Below are positions 39,060-56,257 of a DNA stretch of 64,000 bases, one piece after another. Source of the DNA: Lingula anatina (Eukaryota; Animalia; Brachiopoda); assembly GCA_051362555.1 (NCBI GenBank), contig CM120649.1, forward strand, positions 1,178,001 to 1,242,000, in the 5' to 3' direction. How positions within the stretch are numbered: position 1 is the stretch's first letter; the number at the start of each line of letters is the position of its first letter. The notes below the pieces were generated by a model that was given only the letters and a program-made list of their open reading frames with translations, was not told the DNA's origin and ran no database searches. The translations under genes and the position numbers were made by a program.

Positions 39060-39658
39060 GATATTGCTGCTATTTGCGGTTTGCATACAGTCATAAGGAA
39101 ATGAGGACATCCCACAGTAAATTTCGTGAATAATAGAAGAGACAGATGTTTATGGAATTAAAAAAGATATATTGAATTCAGTAAGATAACTTATCCCAAA
39201 AATTATCCTTATTTTACTGGTCCAGTGGGAGGGAGAAGGAGTTTGGGGGTGGGGTGGGTGGGGTGGGGGTGGGGGGGTTGGTACCCTTACCCCTGGTTCC
39301 TAATTTGCTCCCTATGTGGCGTTATCGCATGACAGGCCGAAGTGTAGTAGTCAAACAATAGGCCTACAGCACAGCAAACGAAATCTGCTTAATTTGAAAA
39401 CTTTTCAAAACAAGAATGAAATAATTATATTCAACTGAGATATTGCTGCTATTTGCGGTTTGCATACAGTTATAAGGAAATGAGGACATCCCACAGCAAA
39501 TTTCATGAATAATAGAAGAGAAGCGAGACAGATTTTTACGGAATTAAAAAAAAAGATATATTGAATTCAGTAAGATAACTTATCCCAAAAATTATCCTGT
39601 ATTTTACTGGTCCAGTGAGAGGGAGAATGAGTTTGGGGGTGGGGTGGGTGGGGTTGGT

Positions 39659-39725
<67 letters not shown>

Positions 39726-40052
39726 GGTACCCTTACCCCTGGTTCCTAATTTGCTCCCTATGTGGCGTTATCGCATGACAGGCCGAAGTGTAGTAGTCAA
39801 ACAATAGGCCTACAGCACAGCAAACGAAATCTGCTTAATTTGAAAACTTTTCAAAACAAGAATGAAATAATTATATTCAACTGAGATATTGCTGCTATTT
39901 GCGGTTTGCATACAGTTATAAGGAAATGAGGACATCCCACATGTAAATTTCATGAATAATAGAAGAGAAGCGAGACAGAGGTTTATGGAATTTGAAAAGA
40001 TATATTGAATTCAGTAAGATAACTTATCCCAAAAATATCCTGTATTCTGCTG

Positions 40053-40098
<46 letters not shown>

Positions 40099-40232
40099 GT
40101 TTGGGGAGGGGAGGGGGGTCGGTACCCTGACCCCTGGTTCCTAATTTGCTCCCTATGTGGCGTTATAGCATGACAGGCCGAAGTGTAGTAGACAACTATT
40201 AGGCCTATAGCACAGCAAACGAAAATCTGCTT
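39060..40232. repeat. Three tandem copies of a ~380-450-bp unit with variable G-rich/(GA)n tract; another copy ~46880-47210
   Basis: GATATTGCTGCTATTTGCGGTTTGCATACAG at ~39060, 39439, 39885; 65-nt G run at 39659-39723. Confidence 0.9.
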
Positions 40233-41163
40233 ATGAAGCGTTAAATGTAATATTTTATCTGTCTCTGTAGCGTTTTTTGAGGATGGGTTTTTTATGATTG
40301 TGACATAATTGCTATATTGCTATTGATTGGGACATAATATGAAAATAAATTGTTCTGATTTACACACCCCCATGCCTCCACAAACGGGGAGGGAGGGGAA
40401 TATTTCGCAAACATGGATGATACCTTGCAAAATCATTATGTTACTGTATGCATAGAAGACAAAAGAAAGTAAAAGTACTGGGTGGAGGGGGCGGGGGGGG
40501 GGGGGGTCTTTAAAGCAGACTTACTTATCTCTTTTGTATACAACTTAGAAAGACATAGAACCCAGATTTAAATCAATTCATGGCTGATCTTTCCCAGCCA
40601 AAAGGACCTTTGATCCAATACCCCTAACCCCAACATATAACGGTATGGACCTGTTCACCAGAAAACGAATATAGACAGATGGGCTATGCCACATAATAAA
40701 ACATTTGCCCATTGGTTTACTGTGAAGACTTTTTCTTTCAGAATTGGCTTAAAATCCCCCCCCCCACCCCCACCAACCAAAGACACAAATCTGAGACCCT
40801 TGAGAGACAGGTTATGTGCTGGTATTTAGTATTGGGAATATTAATGGTTTCACTCTTAAACACTTGGGTTAGAAGTAACTGACAAACTGTTGAAAAAAAT
40901 CCCGATTCAACTGTTTAATATGTGTCAAACTTATAATCCGGTTGATGTCATTGATTAATGCACGGTAGATACATTGATCGACTGAATCCTATTTCTGACT
41001 CACTGCTGATTTCTCAGAAATTCGCGCATGCGTAATCACCATACGCCTTCAGAAATTCTGTGTCAAATCGAAATGACCGTGTCGCGTGACTAGATCATCC
41101 TTAAATATCGCTGCAAAGATCAGAATTGCGTTCTTCTGTTGGATACATATGCCGTAAAGAGCG

Positions 41164-44865
<3,702 letters not shown>

Positions 44866-46532
44866 TAAGGAGATGTTATTGCTGCTTCGTTGTAATTTTC
44901 TCAAAGAAAACAAAATACAAGTAAAATATTTGACTTATACATGTATATGCCCTTGTGTTATTCCACTGTAAAATTTATGTTTTGCATTTTTAGAAGGTTT
45001 GCATTTATATAGTTCATTTTTTAAAAACTTTATTTCAAAAGGAATGCTTGTTCAATGTTCATATCCTAAAATTTCAATTGAAAAGTTCGGAATTTTTAAA
45101 AATGGATAAAAACTGCAGGCTTTGTCACAGAACGGGTATTCCTGGGTTAAACGACGGTTTTCCTATACTTGCCAATAGTCAATGAATACATTCCAATATT
45201 CAAAGTTAGTCGATATTTTTTCTTGTAAAAAGTTTTTTTTGTAAAAATCGTAAGATGTTACTATGGAAGTAAAGCCATCTCTGATTGTCCACGTGGTCTG
45301 ACGTCAAGCACAAATTTCACTCATTGCAATATGTAGATTTTGCAGACAAGGAGTAGAGAATGAAATATACTTCCTGTTGCTATGGCCCCAATATGAAAAA
45401 CAAAGAAAGAATATAAACCAACAATTAGTCCAAAACACAAACCACACTGAACAATTCAAACCTTTAATGCAAAACAGAAATCATGACACAATACAAAATC
45501 TAGCTAGATACATAACAATATGTAACCAAGAAAGATCCAGTATTCTCTACCAGCCACCACCTACTAAATGAGGGAAACGTATATTTTAGTATATGAAAAT
45601 ACAGAATGTATCAAATAGTCTAATTTTCACCTCTGATAATGGGTGTATAACAGAATTTACATTTAAGTATACACACTAAGCATTAACCCATCTCAATATG
45701 GTACCTATGAAATTTGGTCATAGCCTTTGTAAAATTGTGCTAGAGCTAATGAAGATTATTATTATAATACAGCTTTTTTGGTGATAAATTGGAATTTATT
45801 ATATTTCTACGAGTTGTTTACAATGTATTTATCGTGAAGAATGAATATCACATGAAGAGCTGTTATCATTTTAAGATAAACAATTTATATTTATTTGTAT
45901 TTTACAGTAACTCATGCTAGAACGAAAAAAAAAAATCAGCATACTGCTTATGCACAATGAATGGATAACGAGACTTTTCGGACTAAATCGCCACGTCTAA
46001 TAAAACAAAATAGCGTGCTAAATTATAATTATTAAGGACAAGCAAAATTGTTGCAAGACACAATTTTTATTTCGTATTCAATGGCTTATCACAATGATGG
46101 AAAATGTATCATTAATATAGGGTATTTTCCATTTTTATTTCTATTAAAATGTACATTGTGCGCGTTTGAAAGGACCAAGCAGTGATTCGTGAATAGCAGA
46201 AACTTTCTTTTTTCTGCGAAGAAAATTCATTTTTGCGGGCAATTCCCGTTTTTGTTTCTCGTTTATCTTTTTATCCCAGCGATCAATTTATTGAAAAGAA
46301 AGAAAAAAATGTTTATAAAACAGTTACCGCAGTTTCAAATACATGATGAAATGGAACGTTGTTCTATCTAACCACTATCTTCACCTTGACGTGACCTTGA
46401 CTTGACCTTGAACTGTTCACTGTGATTGACATGAATAAGTAATGTGTTACGTGTCACTGACCTGTCCAGTATTGACCACTGAAGATGTGACTACTGGAGA
46501 CTGTGGCTCAGCTGCTGGTAAGGACTGTGCTG

Positions 46533-46835
46533 AATCACACCCAACAACACATTCATTCTCTGTCACACCTAACACATTTATAAAATTTTATGGTTCAACA
46601 GGTCAGACTTGGTTTTGAGTCACATTCAAAAACACATTCATTCCCTGTCACACTTAACACATTTATTAACTTTTATGGTACAACAGGTCAGCCTTGGTCG
46701 TGAATTACATCCAAAAAACACATTCATTCTATGTCATACCAAACACATTTATAAACTTGTATGGTACAATAGGTGAGGCTTGGTGGTGAATCACATCCAA
46801 AACACACTCATTCTATGTCACACCTAACACATTTA
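46533..46835. repeat. ~85-bp tandem repeat (~3.5 copies; ~1.5 copies at 38528-38660)
   Basis: ACACATTCATTCT.TGTCACACCTAACACATTTA repeated. Confidence 0.85.
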
Positions 46836-48164
46836 CCCCATTAGTTGACACAACGCGAGAAACGGCATAAAACCTTATACTGCTGCAATTTGCGGTTTGC
46901 ACACAGTTATAAGGAAATGAGGACATCCCACAGTAAATTTCATGAATAATAGAAGAGAAGCGAGACAGATGTTTACGGAGTTTAAAAAGATATAATGAAC
47001 CAGTAAGATAACTCATCCACAAAATGATCCAAAATTCTGTTGGCTCAGTGGGGGGGACAAAGGAGTTGGGGGGGGGGGGGGGGGGGGGATGAAGAGGGAG
47101 GGGGTGCCCTGACCCCTGGTTCCTCATTTGCTCCCGCAATCGCTTGACAGGCCGAAGTTTAGTTGGCAACCATTAAGCCTATAGCGTCGCAAACGACAAT
47201 CTGCTAATGGTCTTTGTAGCATTTTTAAGGGATGGGTTCCTTTACGACTGTGTAAAATTGATCGAGAAAACGCTTTTAATCAATCAATCACTCCAGAGTA
47301 AGACGCAAAACAGATTTTCAAAGTTATATCTCCTTCAGTCAAGTACCAAGTGTAGACAGAAGACGTGAAAATAAATTATTCTGATTTGCACCCCCCTATG
47401 TCCCCAGAGAAGGGGAGGGAGGGGGGATATTTCGCAAACATTGATGACACCTTGCAAATTCATTACATTAGTGTATGGAAGGAAGTCAAAAGAGAGAGAA
47501 AGTACTGGGGGAGAGGGATGGGGTGGGAGGGGTTGGGGTGGGGGGGGGGGAGTAGGGTGTTTAAAGCAGACCTTCTTACCCCTTTTGTAGACTCAACTTA
47601 GAAATAACATAGAACCCAGATTTAAATTAATTCATGGCATATTTTTCCAGCCAAAAGGGCCTTTTAATACAACACCTCTAACCCCAACATATAACGGTGT
47701 GGGCATGTTCACCAGAAAATGGCCATAGAGACAGATTTTCTGTTTCCTACGAGATCTTCATTCAATATGGGCGACATGCTGGTGATCTTTTCCTATCAAG
47801 ATTAACATACAAGGCGCCACCGTTGATAGCCAAAAGGTCTGGTTAACTCAAGACACCTGGTGATATATTAAAAGAAGTTACTAGATAATATTTGAAGTTG
47901 AGAAAGGTCCCTCCTTTGCAACTGATTTGTAGTGAAATTTTCAGCATAAGAACCTTGAAATAATATAAAATCGAGGTATTGCTTCTCTTTGCGGTTTCCA
48001 TACAGGTTGTGCTATTTGCGGTTACCATACAAATTTCATGTTCTGCACAGAATGATGGAAGATTTAAAAAAAATACAAGCAAAACAGATGCTTACAGACT
48101 TGTAAATAGGGAAATCGAGTACTTCTGATTAATAATCACACGGATTGTACTCGACACACACCCC

Positions 48165-48217
<53 letters not shown>

Positions 48218-48652
48218 TGTGTCCATAAAAAGGCACAAATTAAAAGCCACTGAATTGTTTAGCTTGATCCCCTGCAAAAATTAGTCTCACTTAACGGTCT
48301 CTTACGGTTCTCAATCTTTCCTAGAATATGATGTTTTTCTCTACTAATGAAAAATATTCTCAACCTGTTCTAGGACAACCTGATGGATTTCCCCACCACA
48401 TTTAATACAGGCAATAATTTGCTACATTGTTATTATTGTTAAAACGATTAGGATAGAGGGGTTATATAATAAAAGCGGCCTTGTTTGGCCAAATCACGAA
48501 CAATCAATATTCCTTGTTGCCTTCTTTCTTGCTATGAATGAGACTATAAAAGTTTGTGGTACACTGAGATGGAGGAGACATAAAATGTTCTCGTACTGTT
48601 ACATTCATTACAGAACAACATTTGCAGGGGATGACAGTCTTGCCACATCATA

Positions 48653-48826
48653 GGCCTCATTCAGAACAGTGGACTAACTAGTCCGAGGGTCAAATATGGC
48701 CGACCCACTTGAATACTTCCTCACGGGGAATCTATTCAGTGTCTATTAGCCGATTAGACGGCAAGTTTGTTACAGGGCCGCCATGTTTGGCCGCGGACTA
48801 GTTAGTCCACAATTCTGAATGCGACC
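48653..48826. mobile_element. Harbinger-like MITE; related copies 61502-61681, fragments ~55820-55992 and ~61430-61500
   Basis: TIR GGCC.CATTCAGAA..GTGGACTAACTAGTC / GACTAGTTAGTCCAC..TTCTGAATGCG.CC; shared core CAAATATGGCCGACCCACTTGAAT. Confidence 0.75.
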
Positions 48827-49172
48827 ATATACAGTGAATAGATTCTTCGCGGAGATTACGAGACAAGCATTCGAGTGGGTCCGACATATTTGATCCGCGG
48901 ATCTAATAGACTGCTCTAATAGAATGGAGACATAGATTAAGTTCTGAAAGAGAGTCTACTTTTAGTCAACGTGTTCCCTAACGGCGCTTGTCTAGTCACG
49001 TCGGGGCGACTGTTCTCAGACATGATCTCTGTGGGTTCATTGGTAAGGGCTCACTCACTGCACACAGCACAGTTGCCTGTTGTTTCAGATGCCACAATAT
49101 AAAACGTTTTCCCCTTGGTTTTGTGTGAAGACATCTTTTTTCAGAATTAGCTTAGAATCCCCCCCCCCCCCC

Positions 49173-49219
<47 letters not shown>

Positions 49220-49358
49220 GAGACCCTTGAGAGACAGGTTATATACTAGTATTTAGTGTGGGAAATATTGTGTTCACTCTAAAAACACTTTGGTTAAATA
49301 TAACTGAAAAAATGGTTGGAAAAAATCCTGATTCAAGTGTTCAATATGTGTCCAACTA

Positions 49359-49685
49359 AAGACTTGACATTAAATATGGAATATTTCAGTTTCGAAGGAA
49401 TGCTTAGGTAAAAATGCGTTCTTAAAAAAAAAAAAAAAAAAAAAAAACACCGATCTCACCGGTGTGTCGCTACCAATCAAATGACTTCCATGTCTAATGC
49501 GATGCTACATTATGTAATATGCAGTGATTTAATTGGGTAGTGTTCCTTTGGGCTGGTCAAAGCTTGGCTTAGGTAAAGGTTGGTTCTGACCTCCAAATTA
49601 TTTTCATATATCAGTCAGCAAAATAGGAAAAAACTGACGAAAAATGATTTGGAAAAAAAATATTCCATATTAAATGTCAAGTCTG
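49359..49685. mobile_element. Tc1/mariner-type MITE
   Basis: TIR AGACTTGACATT.AATATGGAATATTT / AAATATTCCATATT.AATGTCAAGTCT, TA on both sides; empty site at ~40931 in the paralogous block. Confidence 0.8.
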
Positions 49686-51774
49686 TAATAATCCGGTTGA
49701 TGTAACTGATTAATGCTCGGTTGGTACATTGAACTGCTGAATCTGTTAAGATGTATCATTATTTTTTAATGAAATTTAAACAATTAGAAATTAGCAAGAT
49801 TCAACAAGTCTTTTAGAACTACACTGTTTTACAGTCTTTCTATGTTCCTGTCAAATGTCCTCAGATTAATTAATCAATAACCGACCCAAACGGTTACCAT
49901 GTTAACCAATCGACTGGTTGATCAATAACCGAATAAACCGTTGTTTGTAACTGATTTCCAGTCAACCGTTTTATCGGTAGGGTCAACATGTAGGCTACAG
50001 CCGATTTGTTATTAGTGTAGCCTATAGCCCCTACTGAATTTAAAAATACGACTCTTTTAAAAGTTAAAACACTTGTTGCATACAAGAAAGAAGGGCAATA
50101 TTAATTAAATGGTAAAATGAAGTGTTCACATAAAGGAAAAGCGCATGGTTTTGAATGATTCAATATAGTAGTACGTCTTTTGCTCAATCCTCAGTTTGAT
50201 TAGGATGCGTTTCCAGAAAATGTCAGGCTTTTTCATCATCTGGCCGGCCCTTTCCGTCACGTTCATATTTCAGAAAGTTGATTTTTTGGTTTTATACATC
50301 ATTTCACTTGCCATGGTGGTATGAAAAATTTATTGATTATCGGGGATGAGGCTTTGAACTTTTAACCTTATTTAATCCTATTTGTTCTCGGCAAATCAAA
50401 ATTGTTCCTCTGTACCTCCACCGTCTACTTGGGCCACGGAATGATTTTTCACTACATATTCACAGATATGTCTCTGGTTAAATTCACGGTTATTCTCTGT
50501 ACTGTCGCCTCGGTGACAGAACAATGACTGCGCATGCGGCCCTGGTAAAGGGTACTTTTAACCGATATGTGTCGTTATCGCGTGACAAGCCAATCTGCAG
50601 TAGGCGGCCATCATAGCGATACCAATGAAAATCTGCTTATCAATCATTTACTGTAATTTTCTACCTATTACTGTATCATTAATTTATAGGGGGTGGATTC
50701 CTTTACGATTTTGTAGAACTGATCGAAAAATAAATAAATTAACGCTTTAAGTCAAGCCTCAAGTTTTTCAACTCTGAGTAGGCCTAAGATGAAAAACAGA
50801 AAATCGGATTCACATCTGCGTCTGTAACATGATGTGGAAATAAAAATTTTGATTTTCGAATTCCCTCTTTTTCTACACAAAGTGGGTCTGAGGTGAACAA
50901 AGGGTGCCCATGTTTAGCAACCAAGGATGATACCTTGCAAAATAATTAAATAAGTAGATGAAATTAAGACAAATGTGGGAAATAGGGCTGTAGCCAACAA
51001 TTGTGTGTGTGTGTGTGTGGGGGGGGGGGGGGTCTAAGAATAGGACCTTCTGACCCCATCAATTTGGTTCAACTTAGAAATGCCATAGAGCAAGCATCAC
51101 AATTCAATGTCCACCGGGTCTTGTCCAGTCAAAAACGCCATTCTTTAGAACACGCCAAATCCCCTGTCTAAGACCTTGTTAACGAGAAAACGGCTACAGA
51201 CAGACTTTCTATGTTTCCTACGAGATCTTCATCCAACATTGGCGACATGCTGGCTTTCCTTTCCTATCAAGACCAACAGTTCAAGGCGCCACCAATGACA
51301 GTCAAAAGGTCTGGTTAAAACAATCTGTTGACATATTAAAGGAAGTTAATAACTTATATTTGAAGCTGAGACAGTGCCCTCCAAAGCAACTGATTTGTAA
51401 TGAAATTTTCACCATAAGAACCTTGAAATAATATAAAATCAAGGTATTGCTGCTTTTTGCGGTTTTCATACACATCATGATATTTGCGGTTTCCATACAA
51501 ATTTCATGTTCTGCACAGAGCACTTTCTACAATATATTCTAAGCTTTAAAAATAGGAGCAAAAGAGATTATTACAGACGTTTGGATGGAGAAAGCAAATA
51601 TATCTCATTTGTACAGGGATGTTCAGCAGGATTTCGGGTAGCTGCTTCACTCAAAAATGTCGCCAGACACTAAAACAATCGACAATTAAATGGTTGAGGA
51701 GCAGGAGGATTTTTGTGTGCTCGACACACACACAAACACACACACACACACGTACACAAACATGCACACACACG

Positions 51775-51819
<45 letters not shown>

Positions 51820-51995
51820 TGTTTCACTTTTAAAAAAGGTAAAGTTGAAGGCCACTAAAGTGTTTCGCCTGATGACACACAACAAGGTCCAGTAAATTTA
51901 TTTTCAACAGAGCTCCTGCTTTTAGCTTGTCTAGTCACGTCAGGGGGACTGTTCTCAGACAACAATCTCTGGGTTCATTGGTAAAGATTCACTGA

Positions 51996-52206
51996 AGCCC
52001 CCTTTACACTGGACGGCGTCCTTTCTGCGTCCCTTAGTGTTGCCCCGTTAGAGAGTAAAAACAAATAATACTTAACGTGCCGACAACCGGCTGATCATTG
52101 AGCATTTATCCTGCAACCATGTGCCTCCTTTGTACAACCACAGCGATGCCAGTTTCATGGTCGCACAAAGGACGCAGAAAGGACGCCGTCCAGTGTAAAG
52201 GGGGTT
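51996..52206. mobile_element. Harbinger-like MITE; second copy ~62565-62789
   Basis: ~35-bp TIR CCCCCTTTACACTGGACGGCGTCCTTTCTGCGTCC; empty site at ~49052 in the paralogous block. Confidence 0.85.
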
Positions 52207-52800
52207 TTACTTACACAAAGCAAATTTAGCCTGTTGGTTCACATGTCACAATATAAAACTATTGCCCCTTGGTTTTGTATGGAGACGTTTTTTCATAATT
52301 GGCTTATAATCCCTTCAACCAAATAAACAGCTCCGATACCCTTGCCTCGATATTTATTTTGTATGAAGACGACTCTTTGAGAATTGTCTTAATTTATCAT
52401 CGCTGCAAACAAACACAGAACTCCCAGACAGCTGTTTACATGTCAAAATATGGGAACTTGTTAAGAGACAGGTTATGTTCATGTATTTAGTGTTGAGGAC
52501 ACTTGCAAAAGCCCTTATTGGATTTTGAAACACGACTATTAACACTTGTTGCATACACGAGAGCAATTTTCATAAAAAAGAAGTCCAGATAAAGAATCGT
52601 CGCATGGTATTGAATGATTCGATATAGTAGATTTTTTTCAGTCACTTTTATATTTCACAGAAGTCCATTTCACGGTGATGAATTATGCACCATTTCATTT
52701 GCTTAGGTCGTGTGAAATATTTATTGATTGTAGGGGATGGCGCTTCAACTTTTCACCTTATTTGACCTGTATTTTGTTCTAAACTTTTAACCTTATTTAA

Positions 52801-53644
52801 AGGTGCATATAAACCGAGTATCGGTGGAGCGTGGATTCCCAGTAACAAATGTAAACCACTTCTAGTAGTTTCTTATACGACGCAAATCAAGTCTACATGC
52901 CAAGGGAACAAAACTGAAGAAATCACTCGATCAGCCATAAAAAACTTTAGAACGCTCCTTTCTTTAAATTTTGGTCAGAAATTAAACGCACCTATCTCAC
53001 CTACTTTACTACCCCATGTATATACAGCGTAGAAAGCTAACAGAAACCTGTAAAATACCATTTTTCGAGTAATATTAAACAATGTCTTTTGGTAATTCTC
53101 ATAGTTATACTATTTGAAACTATATGCTTGCATTTGGTTGGATTTTGCGAAAAAAATGGTCTTAATATGCATCTTTAACCTATATTATGTTGTAAACTTA
53201 ACCTTATTTAACCCGTACTTTGTTCATTGCTTATCACAATGTGCAGGTGCGTTACATTGGTATTGCTTGTGGGTGCGGCGCCTACACATACGTGTAGAAA
53301 CACGCGAATTAGAACGACCCTTATCTGAAGGACGTATTTTTGTGTGCATGGAAATACAGTTTGCATCTCTAAATGAAAAAAAAATGCCGTTTTTTAAAGT
53401 AAATATCTGTATGCATCTTTGCAACTTTGATGCATGTCCGAACATATGTAAATTTAAATTTGAAAACTGTAAGTACAGCTTCATTTGTACTAATTTTTTA
53501 GTTTACCCGATCCTCTTGTTGAAACTTTTGGCAGTTATTGGCAAGTTATTGGGTAGGTCAAAGAAGCAGATGACAAGAAAAAATACAATCTAGCCAACAA
53601 CGCGCCCAGCATACGGGGTCCACCGGCATCGTGTTACAGGTAGT
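52801..53644. mobile_element. Possible degenerate TTAA-flanked (Kolobok-like) insertion
   Basis: TTAA at both ends with weak inverted similarity (..TCGGTGGA / TCCACCGG..); interrupts sequence paralogous to ~50370. Confidence 0.35.
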
Positions 53645-53847
53645 TTAAGACCCATATTTATTTTTTATGATAATGAGTTAAAAATGTGCTGTTTCTCCAA
53701 AATGTCTCGTAATTTTCCCAGATTAAGGTTGTGGGGTACTCATCGGATATCTTAAATGAAAAGGAGTTGATACAGTTTTTTTCCAAATGTCACGTCATTT
53801 GTTACATTTTCTTAAAATTTCGTTGTATATATATCTCCATCCCCTCC

Positions 53848-53935
<88 letters not shown>

Positions 53936-55733
53936 TTAACAGACCTCCAACTGTTTACATTTATCAATAAACCAGTGAAAATACCTTTAGGAACTCGAAA
54001 TAACAACATTTAATTAAGATATGTTTTTTCTAAATGATGTAGTATATAATAAGAACAAGAAATATTTCTGAATTGTCGTTGGAGACATAATGTAAGCAAC
54101 ATATTACAATCAGGATAAAGTCACAAAGCTCCTAATTTTGACCGCCAGAAAACGTGTACGGATAACAGTGGGCAGAAGTTATGGGTAGGATCGTTATGGG
54201 GTCTCTCGATTTCCTCATACCGTAGCAGACACCTTGTGGCAAGCATGCTTTGCAAATAAACATAAGCGATTCGTATATACTTCCCATATATTCTTCTACT
54301 TTTTCTACCTTTTGTTATTTTATCAATGTCATCCAAATTTCATTTTCTCAATTTTTTATGAAACCCCTTTCCTTTATATATAAGTATATATATTTTTTGA
54401 CTCTGGGAGCTCAGTTCGCCCTTGGACATGTCTGCTCCAAGAACGCTCTTTTTGGGACTGACCAGAAACAAAGAAGTGTACATTGATGTCATTTTGGATA
54501 CATGAAGTAGGATTTGATTCATTTACACTGCTGTTGTGTATATTTAGTATGGTAAAATCAACATCTTAAATAGGTAGACTGTAGAAAAAAGCCTTCGTTA
54601 GGCCATTATGCGGAAAAGATTTCCAATAATTGTATAAATGTAATGTACTCTACAACTTCCAGCCAGGCGTTCTCATCTTGAAAACAATGTGGTTGCAGTG
54701 GAATGTATCTCACAATTTCACAATAAGCCCTTAATCCACATTTATACACTAGACTTTGAACTTTTAACGTACATTTGTGTGGGTTGCAAACCAATGCAGA
54801 ATCAACGATCAAAGTAAACGTATATGACTTGTTTCTACAACAGGCATAAGGGAAGGGATCCGCATTTCAAACCGCAGGTACCAATATTAAACCATGTTGC
54901 ACAGTCCTAAGACTTGGGCTTGATCCCAGAACCTATACATAAATTAACTGAAATTCTGATTTAGTTGGATGTTATTTTTTGATGTTATTTTTTGGTGATA
55001 AAAGAACTAGTTGCAAAATTGGATCATGTCTCCATGTGCTTTTGCCTGAATATGTTTGAAAGATAATCAACAATTTGAAGCTCACATTGAAATCTGTATT
55101 TTGTTAAGACAATTAAAGCCTCCAGCAGGAAAAATTCAGTATTTTATAAAAAAGTTTTATTTAATACCTACAGAACATGGATAATTGATAATTTCCAGAT
55201 CATGTGAAAGCAATGTATTTTACCAAGGACGTGAAATGACGTCCTTGATTTTACAAAAATTAATACACACATGAATTATAGATTTTGACAATGCGCATGT
55301 ATTATAAAAGTAGGAAAGCTGGTAAAAATATGACCTAGTAACATGTTTTTTGTGTACTTTTTGTTGTACTATTATCTACAAAGGTGACATGTTGCGGCGA
55401 AGTTCGCATTCGTTTCTCATACGTCTGGCTCGTGAAATTTACCAGGGCAATTATTTCTACCTTTGAAGTCCAAACAATTGAGATGCTATTTTTAATTTAA
55501 CTAGAGTGCAAAAGTTGAAATATCTGTAACCCTTTTGTTTCACATCAAATAATTCCATTTTGTGTTTTTTTTTGGCTGTTTTAAATCAGTATGATTGACC
55601 ATGGTTCCTCGATCGCGGAAACAGCTATACTCTGCGTGTATGACAAAGATGCATATGTATTCAGACTTTCCAAAAAGACTAAAGATTAAAATTCTCGTTG
55701 TTTGAGCAAAAAAACAAACAAACAAAAAAAAAA

Positions 55734-55764
<31 letters not shown>

Positions 55765-56031
55765 AAAAAAAAAAAAAAAACAAACAAACAAATATATATA
55801 TATTTGTTACTGTTTGACCAGATTCAGAACCAGTTCTTCCGAGGACTGACGGATCCGCGGATCAAATATGGCCAACCCATTTGAAAGCCTGCAGCACAAT
55901 CCCTTAATGGACACTGAATTGATTCCCCGCAGAGATTACGCCACAGGATTTCAATCAGGTCGGATATATCTGATCCGTTAGTCCGCGGATCAACTTTAGT
56001 TGTCAATGCGGACATATATGAATAACATTTA

Positions 56032-56257
56032 GACCCCATTTCCATAGATTTTTAGATCGATCTATCCCTAAGGGGAGTCTCACTAGATTACTGTTAGCTT
56101 GGCCGGCTTAAGCGTCTGTCCCGCCTACTAAAAGCTGTAAGGGGGTAATTAACTATGGTGTCCGCTCGGCTGACTGCAATTTAGCCTCAACCCCCAGGGA
56201 GTTAGGTCGATCTAAAACTTAATCTTTAGATCGATCTAAATCTCTGGGAAAGCCCCC
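56032..56257. mobile_element. Harbinger/Tourist-like MITE family A
   Basis: TTA TSD both sides; near-identical to 44007-44232. Confidence 0.85.

Noticed and set aside
53114-53593. 159-aa ORF
   Set aside because: TTG start, AT-rich low-information composition, lies in a probable transposon remnant, no splice or homology support.
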